64,000 nt of DNA from Hormiphora californensis (GCA_020137815.1 CM035352.1:62001-126000); one strand, 5' to 3'; shown: positions 49,760-62,479, counted from the first letter of the stretch. The notes: generated by a model from the letters alone, not told the origin. Translations and numbers: made by a program.

Positions 49760-50450
49760 GGGGGGTGTGTAGAGTTTTGGTACCAAGAAAATCGGACTAT
49801 TCCATTCCGAGGGTTCATCCAGCTCTTGTACCACACCAGCCTTCATCATCTCACTGATATTCCTCCTCATTTCATCTCTCAACTTGTACGCTGTTGGGAT
49901 TGGGTTCGACCATCTTGGTTCTGCATCGTGTTTCAATTTCACTTCAGCTTCAAAAAAATTTGAGCACCCGATATCATATCCTATTACTGAAATGTATGAA
50001 AGTTGACAGTGTAAATTCTTTCACCTCCTTTTGTCTTCCTCCCCCACTTCTTCACTGCATTTTTCCAAATTCAGCCTCCCGAACAGCTCTTCCTCTGTCC
50101 ACCTCTCTTGTCGCGTTTCTTCAGAAGAGACCCCGTTGACTGTATCTTCTTCTGGTTCCCATCTCACACCTGTCATGGGGCTGTAATCCGGGATAGGTTC
50201 TAGCTGCCCTGCTCTCTCTCCTGCTCGCAGATCAATACTTTCATCTCCCAAATTCAGAACTTCAATTAATATGACGTGATCAACTGCTATAGCCCAACTG
50301 TTCATTCTGAGAATTCTGATACAAAGATATTATTTGCCGTACTGATATATGAGGTAACTCCAACCCCCACAGTTTTCTCCTTGTTAACAGGAGTGTGACC
50401 AGAGGGAATCACAGTGGGTTGAGTTAATCTAGGCACAAACCCACAGTAAC
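49760..50450 (-). pseudogene. Ty3/Gypsy LTR retrotransposon pol fragment
   Basis: KLKHDAEPRWSNPIPTAYKLRDEMRRNISEMMKAGVVQELDEPSEWNSPIFLVPK matches the Gypsy RT N-terminus; upstream IEVLNLGDESIDLRAGERAGQLEP linker; frameshifted. Confidence 0.8.
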
Positions 50451-50604
50451 TATTCGAATTGGCGTATCTTTATATCAGGAATCTCGGATAGCAACCCTTT
50501 TGTTTTATTGCTATCTGAACAGATTAGGCGTATAGACAAGGCTCTTATTATCAGCAGTGCTTACGTTTCAAGGATAATAGTAATAATTATACACTGAACT
50601 GCTG

Positions 50605-50723
50605 TAGGGTTAGGGTTAGGGTTAGGGTTAGGGTTAGGGTTAGGGTTAGGGTTAGGGTTAGGGTTAGGGTTAGGGTTAGGGTTAGGGTTAGGGTTAGGGT
50701 TAGGGTTAGGGTTAGGGTTAGGG
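50605..50723 (+). repeat. Interstitial telomeric repeat (TTAGGG)~20
   Basis: Perfect hexamer array. Confidence 0.97.
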
Positions 50724-51999
50724 CCATAAACAATCGAATTCCTGCCAGCGAGGGCGCGGTTAAGATCAATCGATTTCCTGCCACGCCCACGGTTAGGAAC
50801 ACAGTGTACGGAAATCCGACACATTTTATTTTTAAGTGCTACTTTAGTTAATCACTGCTAATTAGTGGTTGAATATTTTGAAGTTTTAAGAACGGAAAAA
50901 GGGAACAGAAGGGATTATCTATCCAGCTATGTAATTTTTAGTTGAATTTTCAGATCATAACATAAGTCTATCCTTCCAGAACACCAGGTCATTTTTGGTC
51001 AATTTTGGACATAATTGATCAATTATCTAATTGACCAATTAACTTTTTTTAAGGTTAAGCTGGCCTAACCTTCACGTCTCAACGTCCTCTTTCAGATGGT
51101 GTAATTTTTTTGGAATTTTGTAAAACACATTATTGGGCACGTCGCGCCCCCCATGTTCGCGCGCCCGTAGGGCGATCCCCTCACATAGGGGGCACAGTCA
51201 CGACTAGCGCACTCGTAGAATGCTTCGTTCTGCTAAACGGCGCTAGTTAGCGTTTTAATTTTTGGATTTTCTGATCGGTCATGTTCTAAATGAATGCAAC
51301 GAACAGGTCTCGATTTGAAACTCTCAAAAACCGTGGCGTAATCGCCGATTTGCTCAAATCGGTTTTTTGGCAATTACGGGAGAACGGAATATCCATAAAA
51401 TCCCAAACTCTGGGATATGTTAGAGGAGACAATTTGACACCTTCGTGTCGAAGGATTTTTCGCTTATTCTTCTGGTCTTCAACTGACGGCCATTTGAATT
51501 AATTTGACCTCTCTTCCCCCGACCCTTAGTCCCACTAAACGACAGCTTTATAAGTAACCATCTTTTTTTCCCAGGTAGAGAATCCCTTGAACTGGTGCAA
51601 CGTATAGGTGGATAAGCCAGAAACGATTTCTGGACAGAGGAATCGACTCTCAAAGTTGGATGATTTCAAACAGTGATTGGACTTTTTGGGACACTTTGAC
51701 TTTAAAAAGAGTGATACATTTATCATTTTCCGACATAATTTTACCTAATTTGACCAACTAAAGTGTTTAATTAATCGTTAATTGCTTAATTAAGAAAATC
51801 GGACGCGCAAATATACAAACGCGCAGTTTTTTTCAACTTACCGCGCGCGATGAATAAATCATCGCAAGGCAAGTGTGCGCGAGCTAGAAAATCTTTTAAA
51901 TTTTTCAAAAACAAACTTTTTCACAGCCTTGCGCACCTGTCCCTCACTGAACAGCATTTACTTGACGATGAGGTACGTGCAAAAGTCTTTAATTATTAA

Positions 52000-52083
52000 G
52001 GGGCGATTCAAAAAGGACGTTGAGGGATAGGGGGAGGGGCAGGTAGCCGATTTCGAAAACGGACGTCCTTTTTGAATCGCCCC
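52000..52083. mobile_element. PIF/Harbinger (Tourist-like) MITE, 84 bp
   Basis: taa|GGGGCGATTCAAAAAGGACGT ... ACGTCCTTTTTGAATCGCCCC|taa. Confidence 0.85.
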
Positions 52084-52097
52084 TAAACCCAAAAAAA

Positions 52098-52309
52098 AGG
52101 TAAACCAAAACTACTGTAGCCCTTGCTGTGCGCGACCGGATTTTAGACGGCCATAGCTCCACCCCTGATAAGATACGAGATTTGTTTTGAGATCATGTCG
52201 AGTTCTTCCTACAAAACAAATCTCAAGTCTATCTCATCAGGGAGTGGAGCTATGACCGTGGAAAATTTCACAAAACCAGAGCGAGGGCTATAGTAGTTTT
52301 GGTTTACCT
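52098..52309. mobile_element. Kolobok-like MITE (diverged copy)
   Basis: Homologous to 8334-8559; TIR AGGTAAACCAAAACTACT. Confidence 0.75.
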
Positions 52310-52311
52310 TT

Positions 52312-52705
52312 ACATCCTTCGTTAGCGTCCAGTTTCAACTACAAAAAGTCAGTGTGCATCTTGTATCTAAGTTATGTAGTCAGAATTCATATGTTTCTGA
52401 GCCTACGACAAGAATTGCAGGCCTTCTAACCTTGATGTCCATCTCGGAGTCTCTTATCCATGAACCAAGATTTAAGATTAGTGTGACAGTTTGGTACAGG
52501 TTCCGTCTATCTGTGTATTTCTAGCTCCTTTACTGAAGCAATGCCATCAGCAGACTCTTCTCCTTGGGGCACGTTTCAGTGTAAATGGGTGCCTCTCCAG
52601 TCCCAAGTGCAGTTCGCATACATGTCAGTAAAGACCTGTGCTTTATTGTTAGCATGTATATATAAAACAGACAAAGCATCTGTGCTCTGTGATTTTCAAG
52701 GTGAC
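52312..52705 (-). pseudogene. Decayed RTE reverse transcriptase fragment
   Basis: Minus strand reads LGSWIRDSEMDIKVR...WTLTKD, matching 36508-36730. Confidence 0.65.
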
Positions 52706-53270
52706 TAAGGTAGCTCAAATAATAGGGCAACCTTCCCGGCCTATTAATTTCAATTAATATCGGTATAATATTGGTATAATAAAAAATAAAAAACAACGGT
52801 GTGGATGTTTAGACATAATCTATGTTATAATCTATATTATAGTACAATTAAATACCTTTTTATAAATCAAGATTTGTTTCAGACACGTGCTACTGGCTAT
52901 GATATTGGCGTCGGCACAGTCACTTTGCTGGATCAAAGGTGTTACTTATCATCTCCAGAGGAACACAACGCAGTACTGTGGCTCAGTTGAACGCGCTATG
53001 ATGATTCACGAAGGTTAGTTTTGCATTATAATAAAACATATTTCGTGTCCTGGTGTTTGTACCGTTTCAGTGAGCTAGCTAAGCTAAGGAGCTTCTAAAA
53101 TCATTCCCCTACTAAAACGCTATCTCGTGCGATCTCGTGCGATCTTGAATATGGGACAAGTTGAACTCATGTTGTGCACTATCGTCCTAGGAACAGATAG
53201 TCGATTAGTCATTTATAGGTATGACAACATGGGAAGATCATAACGTAAATATTTAGTACTTACTTCTGGT

Positions 53271-54483
53271 TTAGGACATTGTTGTAAGTTTATCAAGCAG
53301 CTCGTCCTTCTCTACCTGTTGTTTCCGCTCTATTTTCTTGGTTTCTTTGCGGTACAAAGATGCTGATATGAACTTGTAACATGCCAATGACAGGCGACAG
53401 TAAACTGCTAATATCGGTAGTAGTAAGATACCTGAAACATTTTTTAGTCCCGACCTTGTTTCACTATACCTTGTTTCACTATACCTTGTTTCACTATACC
53501 CCACACACAAGATAAGAGGAGAGTTAAAACCTCCCTCCCTCCCTCCCTCCCTCCCTCCCCTCCCTCCCTCCCTCCCTCCCTCCCTCCCTCCCTCCCTCCC
53601 TCCCTCCCTCCCTCCCTCCCTCCCTCCCTCCCTCCCTCCCTCCCTCCCTCCCTCCCTCCCTCCCTCCCTCCCTCCCTCCCTCCCTCCCTCCCTCCCTCCC
53701 TCCCTCCCTCCCTCCCTCCCTCCCTCCCTCCCTCCCTCCCTCCCTCCCTCCCTCCCTCCCTCCCTCCCTCCCTCCCTCCCTCCCTCCCTCCCTCCCTCCC
53801 TCCCTCCCTCCCTCCCTCCCTCCCTCCCTCCCTCCCTTTTTTCTAACCAGCAATAATGACGAATAATATAAGACGCCAGTGCGAAATACCCCCATCCACA
53901 ATGCCAATAAGTTCGCCAAACAGTTCGCCGATAGAGTGACTATGAGTATGCTCCTTTTCCTCTCCTTCTTTTTCGTCAGCAATCAAATCCGTCCTAGAGA
54001 GTAAGACATGAGCTGATGAACACCCTGTTACATGAAGTTCCCCGACCAACCAATAATTTTTACGTGTCACATATATATGTATCACAACAATATATATGTA
54101 TCACAACAATGTAAACCCCGATTAAGATAGGTGTAATATCGGTAGTTTGAAGATTTTACACGCACTCGTTAACTGCGAGCTGGGTGATTGATTTTAGCTA
54201 TAAAAATGAGGGCTCCCTGTGTCAAACAGCTGGGAAGCAGAGCTGCCCCAACAAGGGTGCCACCAGATCATCCTTGAATAATATTTTTAAACGTCAACTT
54301 ACGCATTAAATTCAATATCTGAGATATCCACTGATTTGACATTATCACGATAAATGAGGTGTCCCTCTATCTTCCTTGGTGGGTAAATGGTTTCACCTGT
54401 AGGGATATTATTTGATGTATCTTGATACTTGTAGAATACGGACAGTGGTGACATTTTTGAGAGAGAGAGAGAGAGAGAGAGAT

Positions 54484-54556
<73 letters not shown>

Positions 54557-57500
54557 AAGAGAGAGAGTGAGTGAGTGAGTGAGTGAGTGAGTGAGTGAGT
54601 GAGTGAGTGAGTGAGTGAGTGAGTGAGTGAGTGAGTGAGTGAGTGCGTGCGTGAGTGGTGCGTGGTGCGGTGGTGACGTGAGTGTGGTGTCGTGCGTGCT
54701 GCGTGCGTGCGTGCGTGCGTGCGTGGTGCGTGCGTGCGTGCGTGAGTGAGTGCGTGAGTGAGTGCGTGGTGGTGCGTGCGTGGTGCGTGGTGCTGGTGGG
54801 CGTGGTGCGTTGGTGCGTGAGTGACGTGCGTGGTGGTTGCGTGGCAGGAGGAAGCAGGCGAGACGACGCAGCGCGGAGCGGCGGCTGCGTCGCGTGGGTG
54901 CGTGTGCGTGCGTGCGTGATGACGTGCGTGCGTGCGTGCGTGGTGCGTGCGTGCGGGTGCTGGTGCTGGTGACGTGCGTGGTGCGTGTGAGTGGTGCGTG
55001 CTGCGTGCGTGAGTGCGGTGCGTGCGTGCGTGGTGCGTGCGTGCGTGGAGTGCGTGAGCTGCGTGCGTTGCAGTGCGTGCGTGCGTGGTGGTGCGTGCTG
55101 CGTGAGTGCGTGCGTGGGCGTGGTGACTGCGTGCGTGCAGTGGTGAGTGAGTGAGTGAGTGAGTGAGTGAGTGAGTGAGTGAGTGAGTGAGTGAGTGAGT
55201 GAGTGAGTTAGTGAGTGAGGAAAATTCCAGATTTAAATGTACCTCCTTTAATGTTAACGGATAGTGTTGTTTTCCAATCGAAGAAGCAGGTGCTAGCCGT
55301 GCACTTCCTCTCATTTCCTGCGACCATCTCCCCAACAACCACCAAACTGTGGACGTTTCCTACCAGTATCCCCGATGGTAGGTCCACGTAAGGTGTACTG
55401 CTGGGGCACTCAATGGTCTGCCTGGGGCACGACTCACTGTTAAGTTGCAGACAGCTCAACTTGTGGTCCTGAAGAGAAATTAATATAATTATAATTTAGT
55501 ATATATGTATTATACCAAAACTAATTGAAATTAGTAGGCCGGAAAGGTTGCCCTATGATTTGAGCTACCTTTGCCACCGTAACATTCACGGGGTAAAAAC
55601 AGGGTATAACAGATGTTTCGTCTATCTTCAAAAGGAAATACATACTGGTGCCAAAGGTAGCTCAAATCATAGGGCAACCTTTCCGGCGTACTAATTTCAA
55701 TTAGTTTTGGTATAATTTGCATCATTCTTGGGATTTTTATCCATTTAGATGTAGTAGAACAAGTACAGAGAGGATAGAATCGCTTAGTTGCATTTTTTTC
55801 ATTTTTGACGTCATTTTGACGTCATAAAATGACGTCACGACGTCATGAAGTCAAAATTTTGACGTCATATTATCGGGATTACCTAGATGAAGTTACTGAC
55901 CAAGTTTGAGATCGATTGGATAAGATTTGAGTCCGCTATGGCGAAAAACCCCATATCGTCATATCTAATTTTAAACAGTCATAACACTTCAGACGCGTTT
56001 TAAGACCCTTTATATACATGTAGTTTTGAAAATATAGTTTCTGAAAGTTCAGACAATTCTCTTTCCATGATATAGTCTTCGTGTTTCGATTAGAATCCGT
56101 CTTCAGGCTGTAAATTGAGCTCAAATAATAAGATAATATTTGGGCCCACTATACACTAGTTTTGGTGTAATTTTTGGGATTAGATGTACATAGTTCAAAG
56201 ATGCAATAAAATTGCAAAATTTTCATTTATGACGTCATAAAGCGACATCATGTCATAATGATGACGTATTATCATCCGGATTACCTAGATAAAGATACTG
56301 TAATTTCAGAATAAAATCTTCACGGGATTTTACCTTTGCGCTTGCCAGCGCATTGACTTACTGCTGTCACAAAATACTGTGCGTCACGCTCATAAATTGG
56401 CCCACGTACAACCACCCTCTTGCATTTTCCTCCAACTATCAGGTCTGTAGATAACGCCATAAATTCCTCCACCAATCTGACCCTCTTTGGCATTATCACC
56501 AACCCGTGGAAGGTTATAGGCCCACTGACGTCCACTTCTGTCAGTTGCATCCTCCCCAGGTCGATGACGGCATCGTAAGGAATGCTATCCTAAAACAGGA
56601 GTATTTTGCATTAATTAAACTATGTTTTGGGAACCTTGAAGTGCAATTTGAATATATATTCTTAAACATCTATTGTGATTTACAGTTTCATGGTTACTTA
56701 CATTAATCAGGGTTTTCAGTAATGAAGACGTGGCAGTCTTCAAGTCAATCCTCTCGATTGATTTATACCTTAATAGCCTCAGGACAGTTTCCTCGAACAG
56801 CGTCATATCGTGTCTATATCGTGTATATAATAGAATTATGTATACAGTCGACGACGGAAAATCATTTCCTAGTGCAGGAGCTAAGTAGTAAAGATCGGCA
56901 CGTGCCAAAACTTTTGGAGCTATGACAAAAATGTGACTTTTGGCCCAAAAGTCACCTTTTTGTCATAGCTCCTTCCAAAAAAATCACTAGTGTGTTAGTA
57001 ATATAATGTAGGGGTGCTTGTGTTAAGGGTGCGACGTGCCCAAATGATGATCTACCTGCTCCTACTATATCACAATGAACAGCTGGTAGTAAATCACGAC
57101 ATATCAATTTACTTACCGTTTATCCAGCGTAAACATTGCCAGCTGCTCCCAGCACTGGATAACTGTCGCCACTGCCCTGAGGCTAGAAGACTCCTGCCAG
57201 AACCCCTCCACTACGTGCTTGTTAAACTGAACCTAAATATACGGAATTTGATAAGTTTGGCAAATGTTTACTACTCTTACTTATATATCCATTAGAATGT
57301 AAACACTTAGCCAAACTTACATGATCCTCTCCATTCTTGTGCGACCCAAAAAGCTGCCTTTCGATCTCGTCACGAAGGTTAAATCTCTTCGATCGGGAAC
57401 CTATTTTAAGGTAATTATAGTTTGTCACACACAAAAACTCCACAACAAGCTCATGTGAGGCCCTTGTCCCTCACTCAAACAGTTAATATAGTATCTTAAT

Positions 57501-58090
57501 ATAGTATACTTACTCTGTAGACTCGTTGGTCCACCTACTTGATCAACTTTATCGGCCAAATATAACAAATCTTTTGTTAGGTTTTCAACAGCTAGAAATG
57601 AAGTGAGTCAGGTTGCCCTTTTATCACTAAATGATGCAGTAACTAGCACAAAAGTTGCTTGGGTTTTAACTATTTAACTCAAATGTAATTACTTACTCGT
57701 TGTCCATCCGTCAAAACATGTATCTATGTCCTCCCGTCCCTTGAACCCTCTCCTCCCATCCATGAGTCCTCTTATCATTACCGGTATCTCTATCACCGGG
57801 ATATCAACAGTTATAACCACGTTCATTGTCGTAATAGTTGTATCTGCCAGATAAGAGAATAAGAATTGGTTGATTGATCTGCGAAATTGAAATGCAATAA
57901 ATGAGTGGGTGGGCATTTTAGCACGTGTGCTAAAAATATCATACAGGTTTTTTATAACGATTTTTCTCAAAACCATCTTACCTTCAACGATCCATTTGTG
58001 CCCAGAAGAGTGGAGCACTGTTCCAATAGAAGGGTAAACGATCTTGGCTTGTACTAGCTGGCATATCAGCAGGATTGCAAAGATAATCAT
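53271..58090 (-). CDS. Spliced type I membrane glycoprotein, 498 aa, F-type viral envelope-like (candidate domesticated env)
   Basis: Coding exons (minus): 57982-58090, 57697-57843, 57514-57591, 57321-57400, 57117-57232, 56702-56813, 56362-56589, 55243-55468, 54303-54396, 53848-53993, 53271-53431. Total 1497 nt, no internal stop, all GT-AG, phases match. Signal peptide MIIFAILLICQLVQA, furin site RSKR, TM WRLILFVIIAGILLLPILAVYC. Gene structure is firmer than the family call. Confidence 0.85.
53530..53836. repeat. (CCCT)n microsatellite in the last intron of the env-like gene
   Basis: Direct inspection; G-quadruplex-capable (GGGA)n on the transcribed strand. Confidence 0.97.
54459..55219. repeat. 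Compound microsatellite (GA)n-(GAGT)n-(GCGT)n-(GAGT)n in an intron
   Basis: Direct inspection; central part degenerate. Confidence 0.95.
55510..56125 (+). repeat. Copy of the abundant palindromic-end repeat family, intronic
   Basis: Reverse complement of 26260-26884. Confidence 0.85.
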
Positions 58091-59228
58091 CACGCTAGAT
58101 CTAAAGGAAATAAAAATAATAAATAATTTTAAATGTAAGATACATCGTTTACATTCTTGCTGAGGTCGTTCCTGGCGGCCCACTTGGGGGAATAAAACCT
58201 CTGCGCTTGCCAGTGCAGTGACTAGTTCGGGTCAGACCACGAATTACCAGAAACCCGATTTACCGGATTATATAATAGGGAATTTACAGTATGTATTTTG
58301 CCCCCCCCCCCCCCCCCCATATTGTATGTATGTATTATAAAAGTATATTAACCCAAGTTCCTCACTACAGATCCATGCCAATGTGGTCACGAAGGACTGA
58401 TGGTACGCATTGAGAGAGACATTTGTGGGGGGATAACCGTTCATGGGTTCGGATGTTGCAAGGTTGTAAACCCACCGCTGACATGCCATGAAGGTTTGAA
58501 AACAATTTTTTTAAATCTGCTTTTAAAATTGGAACTTAAGTCGGATTTTTTGAAGTTGTCACCCCCCTGGTGTGCGGAATGTTTTTGTGCATCACATGAC
58601 ATGTTAACGTGTGATGTTTGGCTCAAAACTGAAAAATTTTACATGTGCTTTGAGGGTGACAACTTTAAACATGTGCAGAGTTTCATGTGATCTGAAATCT
58701 AATTTAATTAGCTAATGAGAGAACGGGCACTTGAATGCAGTTACATTTTATGTGATCTTCATAGTTGGTATTGAAGGCGCCATCGTGTTTTTATTGATCA
58801 AAAGCCGCACATAGTGGCTCAAAATTTCCGTTATAAATGGCCTCATCATATTTAGTGAAACCAGTTAATTGGTTTAATGAAGGAGCAGTTACTATGCGCT
58901 GACGTGACGTTACGCATTTTGACCACGCTCGAGTTCTATCTATCTACGGAGTGCCTGGGCTTGCCAACGGCAAGCCCACAGGGGACTATCGCAAAGCGAT
59001 ATCGCCGGCACTAGGAGAATAGCCCCCCTCCCCTCCCCCACCATCAGGAACTGCCCACAGGACAGGTTCCATTATAGGTGGCTTCGGGTTCGGGAGGGTA
59101 AACGCTCGAGTTATTGTCCTTTCAAATCCTTTATGATCTTTTTAGCACACGTGCTAAAACAATCAACCGGATGGATGCCTTCGGCATCCACCCGGGCAGG
59201 GGAAAAAATCCCAAATCCCATTATTAGA

Positions 59229-59870
59229 GAACGAAGTGGAGGACAAACGTGAGGAGAACGGTGAGGAGCCCAAAGATGAGGAGGCAAAAAATGTACTTAT
59301 TACCATTGCCTGTGTGGCTAGTTTCTTCACCATCATTTCCCTCATCCCCAAAGCAGTGTAAGAAATTTAACATTATTCTCTACCTATTTTAATTTTTATT
59401 GTGATGGTTAAATTTGCACTTGCAAAATTGTAGTTGCAAAATAATAATCAAATAATTTAATTTGCACCCCCCCCCCCCCCCCAGAAGAGGATGTATTTCA
59501 TTGACAAGAAGAATATTTATCCGAAACCGTCCGGTTCCAGCTACGGTTCCGGTTCCGACTGCCCGTTACAGCCGCCCCGTATGTGAGGGGACCGCCCTAC
59601 AGGCGCCCGAGAATGGGGGGCCCGTCGTGCCCAAGGTAGCGTCGGACTTTTCACTTGCGGATTTATGTTAAAAACATTGCCGTAATTCTTCCTTTGAATA
59701 TCTGCAGGATGCATACTATTCTTTTGGGTATCAAATTACCAAATTATGGTCAAATATCCATTTGAGATTCAGTACACGTCCCTAGGGATCGTCTTATTGG
59801 CCATATATAGAACTGTTTTTAACAATTGTTTTGATATCGGGTGCCTTTGGTTATTTAATAAAAAGACACT
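59229..59870 (+). pseudogene. Possible membrane-protein (GPCR TM6-TM7-like) exon relics
   Basis: AG-flanked exon 59229-59356 (..KNVLITIACVASFFTIISLIPKAV|gtaag) is phase-compatible with the acceptor before 59708; YTSLGIVLLAIYRTVFNNCFDIGCLWLFNKK follows only after a frameshift. Confidence 0.3.
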
Positions 59871-60436
59871 TATTTCAGCTATCAATGTTATTTTACTATG
59901 TAATAATTTTTTAAAGACTTATTTTAAATTAATTTGCGGTAAAATTGGCACACTTACACCTTTCGCTAATTTCCACCAGTTTATGACTTTTTATCCCGTC
60001 CTTTTTGTGTGTGTTTTGTGAGCCAGGATAACCTTATAAGCAATAAGAACCATAACCTGACCATTGCTATATTGATATCTACACCGCCGACACAATTGTG
60101 TGTCTTTGTTTAACAGTAAATTTGTTTATTTTAAATCTTTATTAAGAATGTGTGGGATGTTCTAAGCTACCCTACACCGCCATCCAAAAACAATTTTTAA
60201 TGATTAACGACCTAAATGTGTGTCCTTGTTTAATAGAACTGTTTATTTTTAATTTTTTCAAGTTTATAAAATATGTGTTTTTAACAACTAACAGCAAATT
60301 TGCCAAAAGAAATCTGGCACTTTCATCATTGCGACCACAGAAGGGGTCATTGTATCAACACACTGACCCCGGCCTCATCTCGATAACTACATCGATCCCT
60401 CCCAAGTGTTGCAGTTGTTGGTACATACAGCGCCGA

Positions 60437-60519
60437 CAGTCGGACTCCGATTTACCGGGATGCTCGGGGGAAAGGGTTTTGCTTGTAAATCGGGGTCCCG
60501 GTAAATCGGGGTCCAACTG
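60437..60519. mobile_element. Short pogo-type MITE within a 392-family foldback remnant
   Basis: CAGTCGGACTCCGATTTACCGGG ... CCCGGTAAATCGGGGTCCAACTG. Confidence 0.7.
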
Positions 60520-61451
60520 TTCCTGTTCGGAATGACGATCCAAACAAATGTAGATACCAAAAAGTGAAATAATTGAGAGGGGTCGATGTAGTCATCGACT
60601 CTAATGCGGCATTTAATAATAATAATATTTGGTATCACAGGTACAGAGAGCACAACATTTTCTAGGTTATCCAATGAGTGATCCGGAAAACAAAATTGAT
60701 GCACCTAAGCCGAAACGGAAACGTCGTGCTAGTAAACTGGACCGACGGTCTGTCTTGAAAAGCAAGTCCCCCCGTGATACCCCCACTCAAGGAATGCTTA
60801 CTTTTTATGACTTTATCGATGAAAAGTATGTTTTATTTAAATTCCTTTTATCACTGTGCTGGAAAACGCGGGGGAGGGGGGGGGGGGTAATCATGGTGAC
60901 AAATGGTGACAAATGGTGACAAATGGTGACTCATCTGACCATTTAGGGTATGTCACCAATCACCATCACCATTTGTCACCATTTTTTGACGAAATGTGCG
61001 GATTTCGGCCGAATTACTATGAAAATTTTATAAAAATATATATTTTTTCATAAATTGTTAACATGGCCATTACGGATCGGCTAGTAATTTTTTGAAAAGC
61101 TAAAACTTCCCAAAAGTCACGTTTAGGGTGTGCCTCCTTCGCACAACACATAAAAGCGCAATTAACCACCGGTTACCCCTTAATTACATCCAATCGACTT
61201 GAAACTTGGTAGTGTCCCATAACATCATATTATGCCTGTAGGAAGCTCCAGAGATGCTCCATGATTACCCCCCCCCCTCCGCCCCGCAAACGCAAAGGTG
61301 GCCCCATCGTCCCATGACTGTTCTAAACAAAATCCTCTCTTAGAATAAAAGAAGAAGAAGAGGTAAAGCAGAAGAAGGAACAGCTACAAAAGGTAATAAT
61401 TAGAATAATATCATTGAAATTAGTAGGCCGGAATGGCAACCTTTGTGCTGG

Positions 61452-61712
61452 CCAGCAGCTCCAGGACTACCATTAGTTCCCCTCATTCCTGGGGTACCAG
61501 GTCGTCCAGCATACCCGTCTCGTCTTGCCCGCCTAGCATGAGGGGCGTGACGTGCCCAACGTCTCGTCCGGGGGCACCCACAGGCCACAGCACCCTTGGC
61601 ACCAGCAGCTCCGGGAGTACCATCATTTCCGGGGGTTCCAGGGGTTGATTTTCCAGGAGCACCCGCGTCACCGGGGTAACGACAGTTACCGGGTCGGCCA
61701 GGGGTACAGTCG
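61452..61712 (-). pseudogene. Collagen-like Gly-X-Y fragment
   Basis: CTPGRPGNCRYPGDAGAPGKSTPGTPGNDGTPGAAGAKGA...DGYAGRPGTPGMRGTNGSPGAAGQ, with interruptions and a probable frameshift. Confidence 0.65.
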
Positions 61713-62203
61713 GACGTCCATATATACTGAGATACTCTGGTGAAGGGGTTTTGCCCGGGAAATTGGGACAATAGAGAGGGGGTACTACACTGCACGTGCT
61801 AACGGAAAGAGGTTGATACATAGATAGATAGACCCGGGACATTTATTGCTTTTTTCACGATGCCATATCTCTAAAACGAAAAGAGCTAGAGACGTGCCCT
61901 TTGAAACTATAGTAGACCTAGACTATGTGACACTGTATACCGATTAGTGCAGTGGGGGCCTCGCAATGGGCCTCGCAAAATGCCATTTTTGGCTAAAAAC
62001 TGAAAAAAGTTATTACTGCATTCTGGCACGCGCGGCTTTGGGGGGGATGGTCACCTTTGCGCTTGCCAGCGCAGTGATATATGGAATCGGTAACAGTAAT
62101 GAGTATGCTCAGGCATTGGGACCCTGAGACGTAGTTTACGGCCACTAATAATCCTAGTGGACGCCCTCACTCATCACACTCATTAATGAGATCATTGGTG
62201 CTA

Positions 62204-62479
62204 TATGAATACCACGTATATAATATGCATTAGGGTTATCACGAAAAGCTGCATATCAGTGGCACCTGACTATCTGGAAATCAGGGTTTTTATATGAATA
62301 CCACATATTATACACAGAAGGGATCATTATTAAAGCGGTGTATCAGTGGCACCTGACCATCTTGAGAACAGGTTTTTTTATGAATACCACATATACACAG
62401 AAGGAATCATTATTCAAACGGTGTAACAGTAGCACCTGACCATCTGGAAATCAGGGTTTTTTATGAATACCACGTATAT
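62204..62479. repeat. ~85-bp minisatellite, ~3.2 units
   Basis: TATGAATACCAC...CAGTGGCACCTGAC..TCTGGAAATCAGGGTTTT repeated. Confidence 0.85.

Noticed and set aside
57689-58183. 164-aa ORF as a stand-alone gene
   Set aside because: It is read-through of two exons plus intron sequence of the spliced env-like gene
62204-62479. Repeat-spacer-like pattern
   Set aside because: The intervening segments are homologous to each other, so it is an ordinary minisatellite
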